Shown piece after piece: positions 29,813 to 41,800 of a stretch of DNA of 64,000 nt. Source of the DNA: an uncultured Planctomycetia bacterium. GTDB lineage: Bacteria > Omnitrophota > Gorgyraeia > 2-02-FULL-51-18 > JAGOUK01. The translations under genes were made by a program, and so were the position numbers. The stretch lies in contig CAYSFB010000002.1 in the NCBI GenBank assembly GCA_964430735.1, forward strand, positions 94,027 to 158,026, written 5' to 3'. The number at the start of each line of letters is the position of its first letter. Within the stretch, counting starts at the first letter, position 1. The notes under the pieces are model-generated. The model searched no databases and was not told the DNA's origin. It was given only the letters and a program-made list of their open reading frames with translations.

Positions 29813-29910
29813 GGGGGTTGGGGCCTTATCTCAAAACCGGATTTAAAAGTCTTATTATACACCCGCCCGCCCCCGAAGCCGGCCGGCGGGCAGTACAAAA
29901 AATCGGGCTT
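29813..29910 (-). promoter_or_regulatory. Intergenic region with a GC hairpin (GCCCGCC-13 nt-GGCGGGC, 29864..29890) lying directly over the -35 position of a TATAAT promoter (29853..29858 on minus) for the 1159-aa gene
   Basis: The inverted repeat and the TATAAT are both read directly off the sequence. The hairpin has no U-tract downstream on either strand, so it is not a canonical intrinsic terminator. It may be an operator or an attenuator-like element. Confidence 0.4.
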
Positions 29911-30519
29911 TTAGAGGAGAACGAGCGAGTAGGAAACGGTCGAAGAGTAATCGCCGCCCGGAAAGTCCGGTGGAATACCCACCCAGCCAGGGAAAGGAGC
30001 GGAACCGTCGGAGTTCGCGCCGCTGATGCCGTAAGTCAGATTGATCACAGCCGAATCGCCCGCGGTGGAGGAAGTATAGATAATCCGATTACTCATCACG
30101 GCGGCCTGTGCGCTCGGATTAAACGAGTCGCCGGTGATGTCCGCGCCGGCCTTGGTCGCACCGATAATCTTGAGCAACGTGGCGTTGGGAAGCGTATTGG
30201 TTCCGCTCGTCGGAGCCGGCATGGTTCCGGCGACCGTGTAAGGACGCGCGGACGTATTGGTGCTCAAAAAAACGCCGAAGGCCCGGGTTCCCCACTGGGC
30301 GTTAAGCCCGTCTTTGACCAGCGCTCCGAAGTTCATGGCCGTGCCCAAGTCCGAACCGATCGGGTTGCCGCTGGTGTCGAGCTCTTTAACGACCACCGTC
30401 ATCGAAAGGCTCGCCGCCACATCCGCCGTCACCGTAACACTTTGCTGAAAAGCGCAGTAACCCGTCGATGAGAAAAGTGTGCAGCAGGCCGCTAGAAGCG
30501 GTAAAAAGTATTTTTTCAT
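29911..30519 (-). CDS. Small secreted/lipoprotein-like protein (~202 aa), beta-rich, function unknown
   Basis: The true start is most likely ATG 30519 (MKKYFLPLLAACCTLFSSTGYCA..., a signal peptide with a possible lipobox LAAC). The track start at 30567 is a TTG that is itself the -35 hexamer TTGACA. The protein is Thr/Ser/Gly/Ala-rich and ends in SYSLVLL. Confidence 0.6.
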   Translation of the reverse strand: MKKYFLPLLAACCTLFSSTGYCAFQQSVTVTADVAASLSMTVVVKELDTSGNPIGSDLGTAMNFGALVKDGLNAQWGTRAFGVFLSTNTSARPYTVAGTMPAPTSGTNTLPNATLLKIIGATKAGADITGDSFNPSAQAAVMSNRIIYTSSTAGDSAVINLTYGISGANSDGSAPFPGWVGIPPDFPGGDYSSTVSYSLVLL

Positions 30520-30536
30520 AGTTTTTCTAAGTCGCA

Positions 30537-30567
30537 ATATTAAAGCAGTACTTTGATTTTTTGTCAA
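30537..30567 (-). promoter_or_regulatory. Sigma70-like promoter of the small secreted protein gene: -35 TTGACA (30567..30562), 18-nt spacer, -10 TAATAT (30542..30537)
   Basis: The minus-strand sequence reads TTGACAaaaaatcaaagtactgctTTAATATtgcgacttagaaaaactATG. Confidence 0.5.
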
Positions 30568-30582
30568 ATTAAGGTTTTCGAC

Positions 30583-32802
30583 TCAAACCAGGTCGTCGAG
30601 CTGGCGGCGATAGAGGGGCAGGTCGGTCGAAGGGAGCTGGCAAACCCCGTCGCGGCAAATATAAGCCGTCGTTTTGCCTGGAACGGCCGGCTGCTGAGCA
30701 ATCCACGGGACCAGCGACCGAATCAAGTCCCCCAGTGAACCGGCCGGATGGCGCAGAATGACCCGGTTGGGAATGAACCGAAGATAGACCTCCCGGACCA
30801 TTTCCCGGCCTTGCGCGCTGTCTGCGTCACCGGCGATGACGATTTCGGATCTGGGGCCGAGCCAGAAGTCAGCCGCAATCAACGCCTGGGCATGTGCAGA
30901 CGGACTCTGCGTCAACGGCTCGTGCAGCGCGCGCAACTCGCGGTCGGCGGTTTCGCCGTAAGTTCCGTCGCGGCGAATCGCTTCGAGCGTCAGAAGATTG
31001 AGCAGCGCAATGGAATTACCCGAAGGCAGCGCACCGTCGTTCACATCCTTGGGCCTCATGATGAGATCGGCGGACGCCGCTTCGGACGTCATAAAAAATC
31101 CGCCGGCGGGGTCGCCGAAGTCCAACAGCGCCCGGTCCATGTACGACTGGGCCAGTCCTAGATATTTTTCCCGGCCGCCGGCCTGATACAGCTCGAGAAG
31201 GCCGTAAGCCAAAAACACCGTGTCGTCGAGCTGGGCAGCGATCCCCGCCTCCCCCGCCCGGTACCGATGGAGCAGCCGTCCGTCCGCGGTGACGAGTTTT
31301 TCCAAAATAAACTCCGCCGCTTTCTCGGCGGCGGCCAGATAACGCGGCTCGCCGAGCGCCTGGGACGCGAACGCCAGATGCGCGATCATGAGGCCGTTCC
31401 AATCGGTCAGAATTTTGTCGTCCAGATGGGGCCGGGGCCGTGCGAGGCGCGCGACGGCCAAGTTTTTCTTGGCGGAGTCCAAGAGCGTTTCGGCCTCCTG
31501 CTTCGAGATCTCGAGTTCCCTGGCGGCATCTTCGACCGTACGGGCGACCTTCAGAATATTCGCTCCGGTAAATTCTCCTTGAGGGTCGTGCTTCACGTTT
31601 CCGCTGTCCTCGACGCCGAACACAAGCTCGGCGACCCGCATTTCCTTTTCCGTGAGCAGCGCGCGCATCTCCGCGGCGCGCCAGACGTAAAACGCGCCTT
31701 CTTTTTTATGCGCGGTCTTCTGCGCTTCGGCGGACAGGCCCGGCTCGTAGCTGTCGGCGTCTTCCGCCGAATAGAACCCGCCGCTCGGCGCGGTCAGGCA
31801 CGTCAGCACGTAATCCGCGATGCCGCGCGCGGCCGCCGCGTAGGACGGATCCTGCGTCATCTGGTACATCTCGGAATAGGCACGCAGCAGCATCGCCTGA
31901 TCGTAGAGCATTTTTTCGAAGTGCGGGACGAACCACTCGCGGTCCACCGAGTACCGGTGGAACCCGCCGCCGATCTGGTCATGTATGCCGCCCCTGGCCA
32001 TCGCCGTGAGCGTCTTTTCGACGGCCGCGAACGCGTCCTCGTCGCCCGTGCGGCTGTAATACCGGAGCAAAAACGACAGCACATGCGGCGACGGGAATTT
32101 GGGCGCGCGGCCAAAGCCGCCGTGCACGCCGTCGTAATTTTCGTAGAGAGCCCGGAACGCGCGCGTCATCGTCCCCTCGTCCGGGAGTTTGAGCTCGGCT
32201 TCGGAAGGCGCGGTCCGCGCGTTCGCGTAACGCACAAAGTCGTCGCCGGCTTGAGCGATCTGGTCGCGCTTGGTGCGCCAGGCGCTCTCGATGAACTCGA
32301 GCACGCGGCGGAAGCTCGGCCGGCCGTGCGCTTCGGTCGGCGCGAAGTAGGTTCCGCCGAAAAACGGCTTGCGGTCCGCGTCGAGAAACACCGTCATCGG
32401 CCAGCCGCCGGATCCCGTCGCAGAAATCACGTAGCTCATGTAAATCTGGTCGAGGTCGGGCCGCTCCTCGCGGTCGAGCTTGATCGAAACGAAGTGCCGG
32501 TTGAGGTATTCGGCGATCGCGGGGTCTTCGAATGACTCGTGCGCCATGACGTGGCACCAGTGGCAGGTGGAATATCCGATCGAGAGGAAGATCGGTTTGT
32601 TTTCCGCGCGCGCCTTGGCGAACGCCTCCTCGCCCCACGGGTACCAGTCGACCGGGTTGGAGGCGTGCTGGAGCAGATACGGGCTTTTTTCGCCGGCGAG
32701 GCGGTTGGTCCGTTCGGATCCGGGAGTTGAAGCAGCGGCACTGGAGGAAGTCATGATCCCGATAAGCCCCAGGGTTAAGATAAAGATTCTCAAGGCGCTC
32801 AT
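30583..32802 (-). CDS. Secreted thioredoxin-domain protein of the DUF255/YyaL family (N-terminal thioredoxin-like domain plus C-terminal six-hairpin glycosidase-like/N-acylglucosamine-epimerase-like domain)
   Basis: 739 aa. A signal peptide is followed by [80 protein letters not shown], which is the hallmark DUF255 CxxC-type thioredoxin region. Confidence 0.85.
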   Translation of the reverse strand: MSALRIFILTLGLIGIMTSSSAAASTPGSERTNRLAGEKSPYLLQHASNPVDWYPWGEEAFAKARAENKPIFLSIGYSTCHWCHVMAHESFEDPAIAEYLNRHFVSIKLDREERPDLDQIYMSYVISATGSGGWPMTVFLDADRKPFFGGTYFAPTEAHGRPSFRRVLEFIESAWRTKRDQIAQAGDDFVRYANARTAPSEAELKLPDEGTMTRAFRALYENYDGVHGGFGRAPKFPSPHVLSFLLRYYSRTGDEDAFAAVEKTLTAMARGGIHDQIGGGFHRYSVDREWFVPHFEKMLYDQAMLLRAYSEMYQMTQDPSYAAAARGIADYVLTCLTAPSGGFYSAEDADSYEPGLSAEAQKTAHKKEGAFYVWRAAEMRALLTEKEMRVAELVFGVEDSGNVKHDPQGEFTGANILKVARTVEDAARELEISKQEAETLLDSAKKNLAVARLARPRPHLDDKILTDWNGLMIAHLAFASQALGEPRYLAAAEKAAEFILEKLVTADGRLLHRYRAGEAGIAAQLDDTVFLAYGLLELYQAGGREKYLGLAQSYMDRALLDFGDPAGGFFMTSEAASADLIMRPKDVNDGALPSGNSIALLNLLTLEAIRRDGTYGETADRELRALHEPLTQSPSAHAQALIAADFWLGPRSEIVIAGDADSAQGREMVREVYLRFIPNRVILRHPAGSLGDLIRSLVPWIAQQPAVPGKTTAYICRDGVCQLPSTDLPLYRRQLDDLV

Positions 32803-32840
32803 GGTATCACGGCCGGGGTCGGGAAGGAAAAGGCGGCGGC

Positions 32841-35800
32841 CTAAGCGACGAGGGCCATGCCCAGAAGCGCGTCTTCCTCAGGAAGGAGGTTGGGATTCTG
32901 GATCATCCCAGCGTTCATCCCGCTTAAGTCGAGGCTCGCAAAAAGCTCGTTCTGAATCTCCGGGGAACTTTCGAAGAGGTTCTGACTCGAGAAGATGCCA
33001 AATCCGCCTCCTTCCAACTGAAGGGACCCGAACCCGGGCGAACTCGACGAGATGCCGCTTCCGGAGACATAGGCGCCCAAGACACGGGTTAAATCCACCG
33101 ACTCGCTGGCCACGCCTTTTACCCCGGTGGCGGAGCCGGGGACATTCGTCAATCCGACAAAAATGATTTCGATGTAATCGTAGCTGCCGGGACCATCCGG
33201 GATATAACGCGTCACGCGGTTGCTGTCGCCGTTGTAGTAGCTCATAGTTGCCAACCAGCGAATCAGATTGAGCGCTCCCGCCTTCTGGGAAAACCCGGCT
33301 CCCCCGTCGGTGAGCGTGATGAGCTTGCCGTCTCCCCGGAGGAATTCCGAGGTGTATTCGTGGGTCAGATAGATGCCGAAGGCGTCTAAGTCCGCGTCCA
33401 CATCGGCGTCGGTGTCCGAGGTGTCGTTGAAGACAAGGAAGGTGTTCGCATCAGGGGCTAAATTCGTGGACCAATTGTCCGCGTCGCTCGTAAGACCGTT
33501 GGCGTCGCCATTATCCCAGAAGATGCCTTGAATATTGGAAGCCGAAGGGGTCCAATCCGAATCGCTTAGAGTGCAGCTGTAGCAAGTGATCGTGGTGCTG
33601 GCTCCGTTGTCCTGATCCGAAACGTTCACATCAGTCAGCATGAACACGCCGCTGCCCGACTTGGTCCAGGTGCGGTCGTTTAAGGCGTTGGTGGAGGTGA
33701 TGGCGATTTCATCTGCGCCGTTGCCGTATCCGCTGCCGTTGAACATGATAAGACCTGCGTTGGTCAAATTCCCGCCGAGCACGACATCTCCCGTGCTGTT
33801 GTTGATCCAGTTGCCGTTGGCGCTGATCGTGACAGTGCCGTCGACACTGATGTTGCCAGTCCCTTGATAGATGCCGCCGGCGGTGACCGTGAGATTGCCG
33901 TCCACATCGAGGTTGCCCGACAAGGTCCAGCTCGCCTGGGCATTGAAGGTCACGTTGTTAAAGGCGCCTGACCCGAAGATCATCGTTCTGTTACTGCCGT
34001 CTCCTGAGAAGGTGATCGTCTCCGATTGATTGGAGTCCTTGGTGTATGTTCCGTCTTCACCATCCCAGATTCCGGAAATGGCAATCGCTATCGCCGAGGT
34101 GTGATTCGCATCGAATATGCCTGTGCCGTTGATTTCTAAATTGGTTGCCGTTACGTTCCCTTGTGGGGCGAAGGTGTCGCCGGTGTGGATAAAAAGCTCT
34201 TTATTGGTCGCGACCGTAAGATTGCCTCCCGAGACCGTGTATATGGCCGTGATATCGGCATCGGCGTTCGTCTCAGCGGTCTCGAGGTTGGCGTTGGTGA
34301 TACTGGAGCCGGTCTCATAGCGCACGATGAGTTTGTTCTGGTAGATGTCGATACCCGTAAGCGCTGCTCCGTCTGTGACGGTCACGGTGACGCCATCCTG
34401 TGTCTCCCCGTCGAGGTACAGAGTCAGAACATCTCCGGAAACGATCGTAAGACCCGTGATCGAGTAGGCTCCGGATCCGTTGGTGTCGTCGGTTCCGGCG
34501 GCGATTGCGCCGTTGATCGAGATGGCGACGGTCACGTTCGCGATGCCGGTGACGCCTTCGTCGCTGTAGACGGTGCCGCTCACGTCCACGGTGCTCGACA
34601 GCGTCCAATTGGTGTTGTTGCCGCCGTCGTTCGTGTCGGCCGGAACGACCGTGCTGCCGCCGCCGGCGTCGGAATCGGTCACATCCGCCCAATCGATGTC
34701 TGCGGTTCCGTTGAGCACCAGCATCCATTCCGTTCCCGGGGACGAAGAAACCAGATTCACCCGGTCGTTATCGTCGATGCCGGTGATGGTCAGCGTCCCG
34801 CCGACTCCTATCGTAAAGGTGTCGCCGGCCGCGAAGGTCAGCGTCACGTCCGTCGTATTGTTGCTCGCGTCGGTCTTGGTCAGGTTATAAAAAGTAACGC
34901 TGTCGCCGGTTAATATCTGATTGGCAGTGCCGTTGAACACGAACGTGGAAGTTCCCGCCGTGAATGTGCCGGACGCCGTCCAATCCCCCGCCACGTTCCA
35001 GGTGTCGTCCCCGGCGCTCAGGGTTTGGTTGGCGGCGATGACGAAATCGTCAGACACCGTGATCGCCCCGGACCCCGTTTTGGTCGAAGTCGCGCCGCCC
35101 GAGCCGTCGCCGAAGGTTAAATCGTTGAACGTCCAGCCCGTATTGCCGCCAAAGTTCCCGGTCCCGTCGAGGAGGAAAACCCCGCCGGTCAGATTGATTG
35201 TACCGTTGCCGGTGACATCTCCGCCGTTCACCGTGATGTCAGACGTGCCCGATAGCGTTCCGGCGGTGACGGTTAAATCGTTCGAGATCACGGTCGCATC
35301 GGCAAAGCTCCAACCGCCGCCGGAGCCGTTAAACGTCACATTGTACCAATCGGATCCGCCGTCGGTGATCGTGTTGCCGGTGTCGGTCGCGTCAAACGTC
35401 ACCGTTCCGCTGCGGGCTGTGAAGGTGTCGGCGTTGGACCAATTATTCCCAACCGTGATCCCAAAATTGGATCCCGACTTCACGTCGAGCGTGCCGCCGG
35501 TGATCGTCAGATTGTTGTTGGTGTCGAGCGCGTCCTGCAGCTCAAAGGTCGCCGTGCCTCCGCCGTCGTTCAGGGTCAGATTGTAGAAGGACGATCCGCC
35601 GGAGGTGATGGTCTTCGTTCCTGAGGCGCCGTTGAATGTCACTGTCCCCGATCTGGCCGTGAAGGTGTCCGCATTGGACCAGTTGCCCCCGACCGTGATG
35701 GCGGCGTTCGTTCCGGACTTGGTGTCGAGCGTGCCGCCAGTGATCGTGAGGTTGTTGTCGACGTCGAGTGCGTCCTGAAGCTCGAAGGTGGCCGTTCCGC

Positions 35801-38800
35801 CGCCGTCGTTCAAGGTCAGATTGTAGAAGCTCGTCGACGCGGAAGTAATCGTCTTGGTGCCCGATGTTCCGTCCAGCGTCACGGTGTTGGTGCCGGCTGT
35901 GAAGGTGGGACTGTTGGAGACGGTCCAGTTGCCGCTCACGGTGAACGTGCCGGAGGGGGCCGTCAAGGTCCCGCCCGAGAGCGCCAGGTTACCGTTCACG
36001 TCGACTGTGCCGCTGGATCCGGTAAAGGTGCCGCTGGAGATCGTGAGACCGCCGTTGAAGGTCTGAGTGGCGGTGGAAGCCGTGTAAGTTCCGCCGTTCA
36101 CGGTGGCGGCTCCGGTAACAGTAGTAGTCCGGGTGTTGGCGCTGTAGGTGCCGGAGGTGACAGTCATGGTTCCGGCGACGGCCAGATCCTGACCGTTCAT
36201 CCGGAAGGTTTCGTCTCCGGCGGTGGAATTGATCGTAAGGTTATAGAAGTCGGTGGATCCGAAGTTCTTGATATCAAAGGTGGTGGTACCGCCCGCGCCG
36301 TCACCGACGTATTCCCAGGTGCCCGAATCGGTGTCCTGGGTGAGCGAGATCGTGTTGCCGCCGTTCAGCTTCACAATGTCGCTGTTGGAAAAAGTTCCCG
36401 TGACCGTGATGCTCTGGCCCTTCAAGTGCAGGGTGCCGCCGGTGAGAGTGAGATTGTTGCCGACCGAGAGGGCGTCTTGCAGCTCCCAGGTGGCCGTTCC
36501 TCCGCCGTCGTTGAAGACGAGGTTGTAGAAGCTTTCTCCTGCCGACGTGATCGTCTTGGTACCGCTTGCGGCGTCAAAGGTGACCGTTCCTGAGCGAGCG
36601 GTTAAAACCGAGTTGGCGTCCGCAAAGGTCATGTTGCCGCCGACGGTGATCGCGTAATTGCTGGTACTGGAGTCCAGGGTCACCAGATTACCGGTAACAT
36701 CATCGATCAGCATATTACGGTCCACATCAAGATCGGCTGACAAAACATAAGTAGCCGCACCCGACCCGTTAGACAGCGTGAGGTCGTAGAAGGGCGCCGA
36801 AGATGTTCCGCGCAGGTAAACCGTGGCTCCGGCAGTCAAAAAAGAAACCGTTCCTGCTCCAGGATTGAAGGTTCCGCTTGAATAAGTCCACGAACCGGTC
36901 GTCGTAAACGAACCGGATGTCGCGATGAGCGTTCCGCCGAAGATACCGACGTTGTCCAGCGTCAAGGTTCCCGAATCGCCGTCCAAAGTTCCGCCCGTGA
37001 GTATCACCGCTCCTGTCAGCGTGCTGGTATTTACATCCAAGGTCCCCGCCGCAATCTCAGTGGTCAAAGGGGACAGGTTCGCGTTCATAGTCACAGTTAC
37101 GTTGTTGATATACAAGTAGTTAACCGAAAGTGCGGCATCGATCGTCGTCGAGCCTCCTCCGATCAGCTCAAGGTAGTCGACAGAGCCGCCGAATGACGCG
37201 TCAACGGTCGTCACATATGCATTTATCTGGACGTAGTCGCTGCTTGTGGGCTCCACGTCTCCGCTCCAATTCGCATCATCCGACCAATTTATGCCGTCTC
37301 CTCCCCCGTCCCAAGTAATAACCGATCCCGGAAACACGAAGTGTAAGTTGCCGCCGGTGTTGGTGCTGCTGGCGGCAAGGATGGTCCGGCCGCTGGCCGT
37401 CTGACTGGTCAGATCCACATCCGTAAAGTTAAAAGTGCCTGCACCCTGCCACGTCGCGGCCCCGGTAATCACGATATCATCGGCGTCGCCTGCCCCTCCT
37501 CCATTCCCGTTGAAGGTCACAGCGCCGTTATTGGTCACAGTACCGCCGGTGAAGTTGATATCGCCCGTCGAATTGTTTGTCCACGCGCCGGTTCCATGAA
37601 TAAACACAGTAGCCAAATCCATGTTGTGCACACCCTGATCGAGCGTTCCGGATTTGATCGTCAGGGTTCCGGCGACGGCGATCGCATCGCCGAGCGTGAC
37701 CGTCTGACCGCCCGTAATTTGAAGATTGTTGAATGACGAACCCGCCCCGGAGGTGATTGAATTTGACGACCCATTGTTCATGACGACGGTGCCTGAGTTA
37801 TGGGTAAACGCGCCTCCGCTCCAAGCGCCCGTGAACGTGAGTATCCCGCTCGGCAGTGTGAGAGACGTGCCGCTCAAGGTGACGTTTGTCGCCGAGATAT
37901 TGCCGGCTATGCCGACAGTCTTGGATGCCGTTCCTCCCGAACCGGCGGCACCTGGATTGCCGGCCTCATCATCATTGCCCGCGGAGCCTGCAGCGCCGCT
38001 GCTGCCGGAAGCAGTCAATGCCCCGGCAAAATTGAAGGTTCCGGATGACGTGTCAAGCTGCGCCGTGGAATTGCCGCCGGCGCCGCCATTGCCGCCGTTT
38101 GCGCCGGAATCCCCGCCGCCATTGCCGCCGCCGCCCGCAACTGCAGAAATTGTAAAAGTCCCGCCGACAGTGACGGTCCCGCTAAACCCGGTCACCCTCG
38201 CAGTGCCACCATTGCCGCCATTGCCGCCATTGCCGCCATTGCCCGCGCCGCCGGCTTCACCGTTTGCTCCGGCGCCTCCTGCACCCGCGTCGATATTGAG
38301 GTTGCCTCCGACCGAAAAGGAGGTTGAGGTCCCCGTCAGAGTCGCGCTTCCTCCGCTGCCGCCGTTGCCGCCGTTGCCGCCGGCTCCAGTGCCGCTGTTG
38401 CCGTCACCGGGCGTGCCGCCGCCGGCACCGATCCCACCCGCAACAGAAACGTTACCGGTAATGCTGGTAGATCCGGACCCAATTGTAAACGACGCCGCAC
38501 CGCCATTGCCGCCATTGCCGCCGGGGCCGCCGCTCGAAGACTGCCCATTATCGCCGGCGCTGCCGCCGTTGCTCCCCCAGGCAGAATTATTCGTCAGCGC
38601 ACCGCCGGCACCGCCGGCAATACTCAAAGCGCTGCCGATCGTAAGTGACCCCGAACCCATCGTCATGCTCGCGCTGCCGCCCGAACCGCCCGAACCGCCC
38701 GAACCTCCGCCCGTTGCGTTGTCATCGCTTCCTTCACCACCCGAACCGCCCGAACCGCCATCGCCTCCGCTGATATTAAGATTGATCGTCACCGAAACGT

Positions 38801-41800
38801 TGAATGAGCCCGAAACAAGCGATCCGTTGGTACCGTTCGCTCCATCGGATCCGGGAGTTGCATCTCCATCTCCGCCGTCTGTGCCGTTGGTGCCGCTGGT
38901 GCCGGTGATCGAGAGAGAACCTGTGACGCTGAGGTTATCCTGAAGCGTGGCGGTATTCCCGGAAATCGTGAGATTATAAAATGACGACGCGCCCGAGGTG
39001 ATATTCCTGGCAGTCGTGCCGTTGAATGTGACCGTACCATTTCTTGAAGTGAAGGTGCCGGAGTTGGACCAGTGTCTTCCTATGACGATGTTATAGTTGC
39101 TTCCGCTCTTCGTGTCGAGCGTACCAGCGGTGATGGTGAGATCGCGGTTCACGCCTACGTTGCCGCTCAAGATCCATGTGCCGCCAGACCCATTGAAGGT
39201 TAAGTCATAGTAGGTGCTGCCAACCACAAGGCCCGACGAGTAGGTACCCGTACCGTTGTAGACGACCGTTCCGGAGTCGGTGTCGTTGGTGAAGTTGGTG
39301 AGCGTCTCGCCGCCCTGGAGTCGGAGGGTGGAGTTGTTCACGAAGGTAGCGCCGCTCATCGTAAGGTTGTTGCCGTTGAGGTCCAGGATTCCTTGCGTCA
39401 GTGTGAGTGTGCCGCTGCTGCCGATCACCTTCGCCGCGCCTGACTGGAACACATCGGTTGAATCCGTTGCATTGATCGTGAGATTGAAGTAATCCGTGGA
39501 CCCGAAGTCGGGGAGCGTGAAGGTGTCGGCCGAGCTGTCTCCGTCGCCGACAAAGGTCCAAGTACCGGAATTGGTATCCTGGGTGAGGCCGGTGATCGTC
39601 TCGGACCCCTTGGCCTTTACATTTGCAGTGTTGCTGAAAGTGGCGCTGGTCATGGTCCAGTTGATTCCATTGAGATCGAAGGTGCCGGCAGAGTTGGTGA
39701 AGTCGTTCGTCACGGTGAGCGTCGTGTCGTTGGCCAGCTGCAGGGTGCCGGAGCCGGAATGAGTTATCCGGTAGAACGAAGTCCCTCCGGAATCCAGAGT
39801 CTGGGTGCCGCTTGAGTCAAACGTCACACGGTTGGTGCCGGGGGTAAAGGTACCGCTGGTTTGAGACCAGTTACCTCCTACGGTAAAGGTATCTGAGGGA
39901 GCAGTGAGGGTTCCGCCGTTGATCGTGACGTTGCCGTCAATGTCTAAAGTCCGGGTGGAGCCGTTAAAGGTTCCGGTCGTGACGGTGAGGCCGCCCGCGA
40001 TCACGGTGCCGCTGCCGAGCGCAAAAGTTTCGTCGGACCGGGCATCAATCGTGAGGTTGTAGTAATCGGTGGATCCGAAGTCTTTGATGGTGAAGCTGGT
40101 GGTGCCTCCTGCCCCGTCTCCATAGTAGGTGAAGGTGCCGGAGTTGGCGTCGATGGTGCTGATGCTCACGGTGGTCTCAGAACCTTTTAGTTTGACGGTG
40201 CCGCTGTTATCCAATATCCCCGAAACAGTCAGGTTGAATCCCGCCAGATCCAGAATACCGCTCGAATTCACCGTCAGACCAAAAACGGTGACGTTGGTAT
40301 CCAAAATAGGGTCGGTGGCCACGTCGGCGATCACAGCCAAGTCAATTGATGTGGGTACCGCGTCCCCACTCCAGTTGGCCGCCGTATTCCAGGCGGTACT
40401 GGAGCTTCCGTCCCAGGTGCGGGTCGTGCCGAAGGTCCAGCTCGTGTTGTTGCCGGAATTGGTCGAGACGGCTGTCGAGGCTGCAGTCGTTGCTATGCTG
40501 TCTCTTACGTCCAAGTACGAAAAATTCTTGGTCCCGCTCGCGTCGATGGTATACGTGCTGCCGTTGGAGGACGATCTCAGAGACAAGAGCTGTCCCGAAG
40601 CGCCATTAAGCGTAGCGGTGCCGGTGATCGTGGTGGTCGTTCCCGCCGCAAACGTGAGCGTCCTGGCCGTCGTGACGCTCTTGGTCAGAACCGCAAACGT
40701 GAAGTTCCCGTCAAGCGTCTGGTTGGTTCCGTTCAGAACCACAATGCCGCCGTTGGGGTCAAATGTGCCGGTTAAATTCTTGGTCATATTTCCCGCAATG
40801 TTCGTCTGCCCGAACCCGGTAAACGTAGCACTGCCTGCGGAACCACCCGAGCCACCAGCACCGTCGGAACCCGCTGTGCCGCCGGAACCGATCGTTCCGC
40901 CGCCGCCGCCATCATTACCGCCTGCGCCGGCCGCAGGACTTCCTGCTCCGTTCGAACCAGAAGACCCGGCTGTCCCTCCGGTGATGGTCAAAGAACCGCT
41001 AATGGTGCCATTGAACGACGGCGCACTCGCAGCGCCGCCCGCACCACCGGAACCGCCGGTGCCGCCAGCTCCACCGTTGCCTGCATTGCCGCCGTTACCC
41101 GTGTCCGCTGGAGCAGCGGCATCACCGCCCATTCCACCGCTGCTGCCGTTACCGCCTGATCCGCCGCTTGAGGATGCGCCGCCGATCAGCGTCAAGTTGC
41201 CCGTAATAGTGCCGGTGCCAACTGAGGCGGCGGCTGCGCCGCCGGCGCCGGCATTACCGCCGTTGCCGCCCGCACCAGCGCTGCCGCTATTCGATCCGTT
41301 CGAAGCCGTCCCGTCTTCGCCGTCCGCGGCGGTGCCGGCGCTGCCGCCAGCGCCTGCAGTTCCGGCATTACCGCCCGTAACCGTTACGCTTCCACCGATT
41401 GTGGTTGTGGAGCCGGCCGTAAAGCTCGCCGTTCCGCCCGCTTGCCCATGCCCCCCGATGGCGCCCGAACCGCCGTCACCCCCGGTGCCGTGTGCTCCTA
41501 CGCTTCCCGCCTCACCGTTGCCTCCGGAAGAACCCCCACCGCCGCTTCCGCCGTTTCCGCCGGTGACCGTGAGGTTACCCGTCAAGGCAACGACACCGCC
41601 CGAACCGTCAAAGCTCGCATTCAAGTCAGGATCCGCCCCGTCGGTTCCCGGAGTGCCTGCCGTACCGTTTACGCCACCCGCCCCATCGACTCCGGCAGAG
41701 CCCGTTGTGCCGTCAGCTCCATTACGCGCGGTGATGGACAAGCTTCCTCCGATATTTATGGTGTGTGCGCCTAGGGCAAAGTTACCTCGATTGATGGTCA

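Noticed and set aside
29864-29890. GC hairpin as an intrinsic terminator of the small secreted protein gene
   Set aside because: No U-tract follows the stem on either strand (on the minus strand the T-run precedes it). It overlaps the -35 region of the downstream promoter, so operator-like or attenuator-like roles are more plausible.
32841-33300. CdiA-type contact-dependent inhibition toxin tail, or PEP-CTERM/T9SS sorting signal, at the C-terminus of the TpsA-like protein
   Set aside because: There is no VENN or similar pre-toxin junction and no small immunity ORF downstream. The terminal ...[14 protein letters not shown] has only a 9-residue hydrophobic stretch and no basic tail, so it is not PEP-CTERM. 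I cannot recognise a T9SS CTD by eye.
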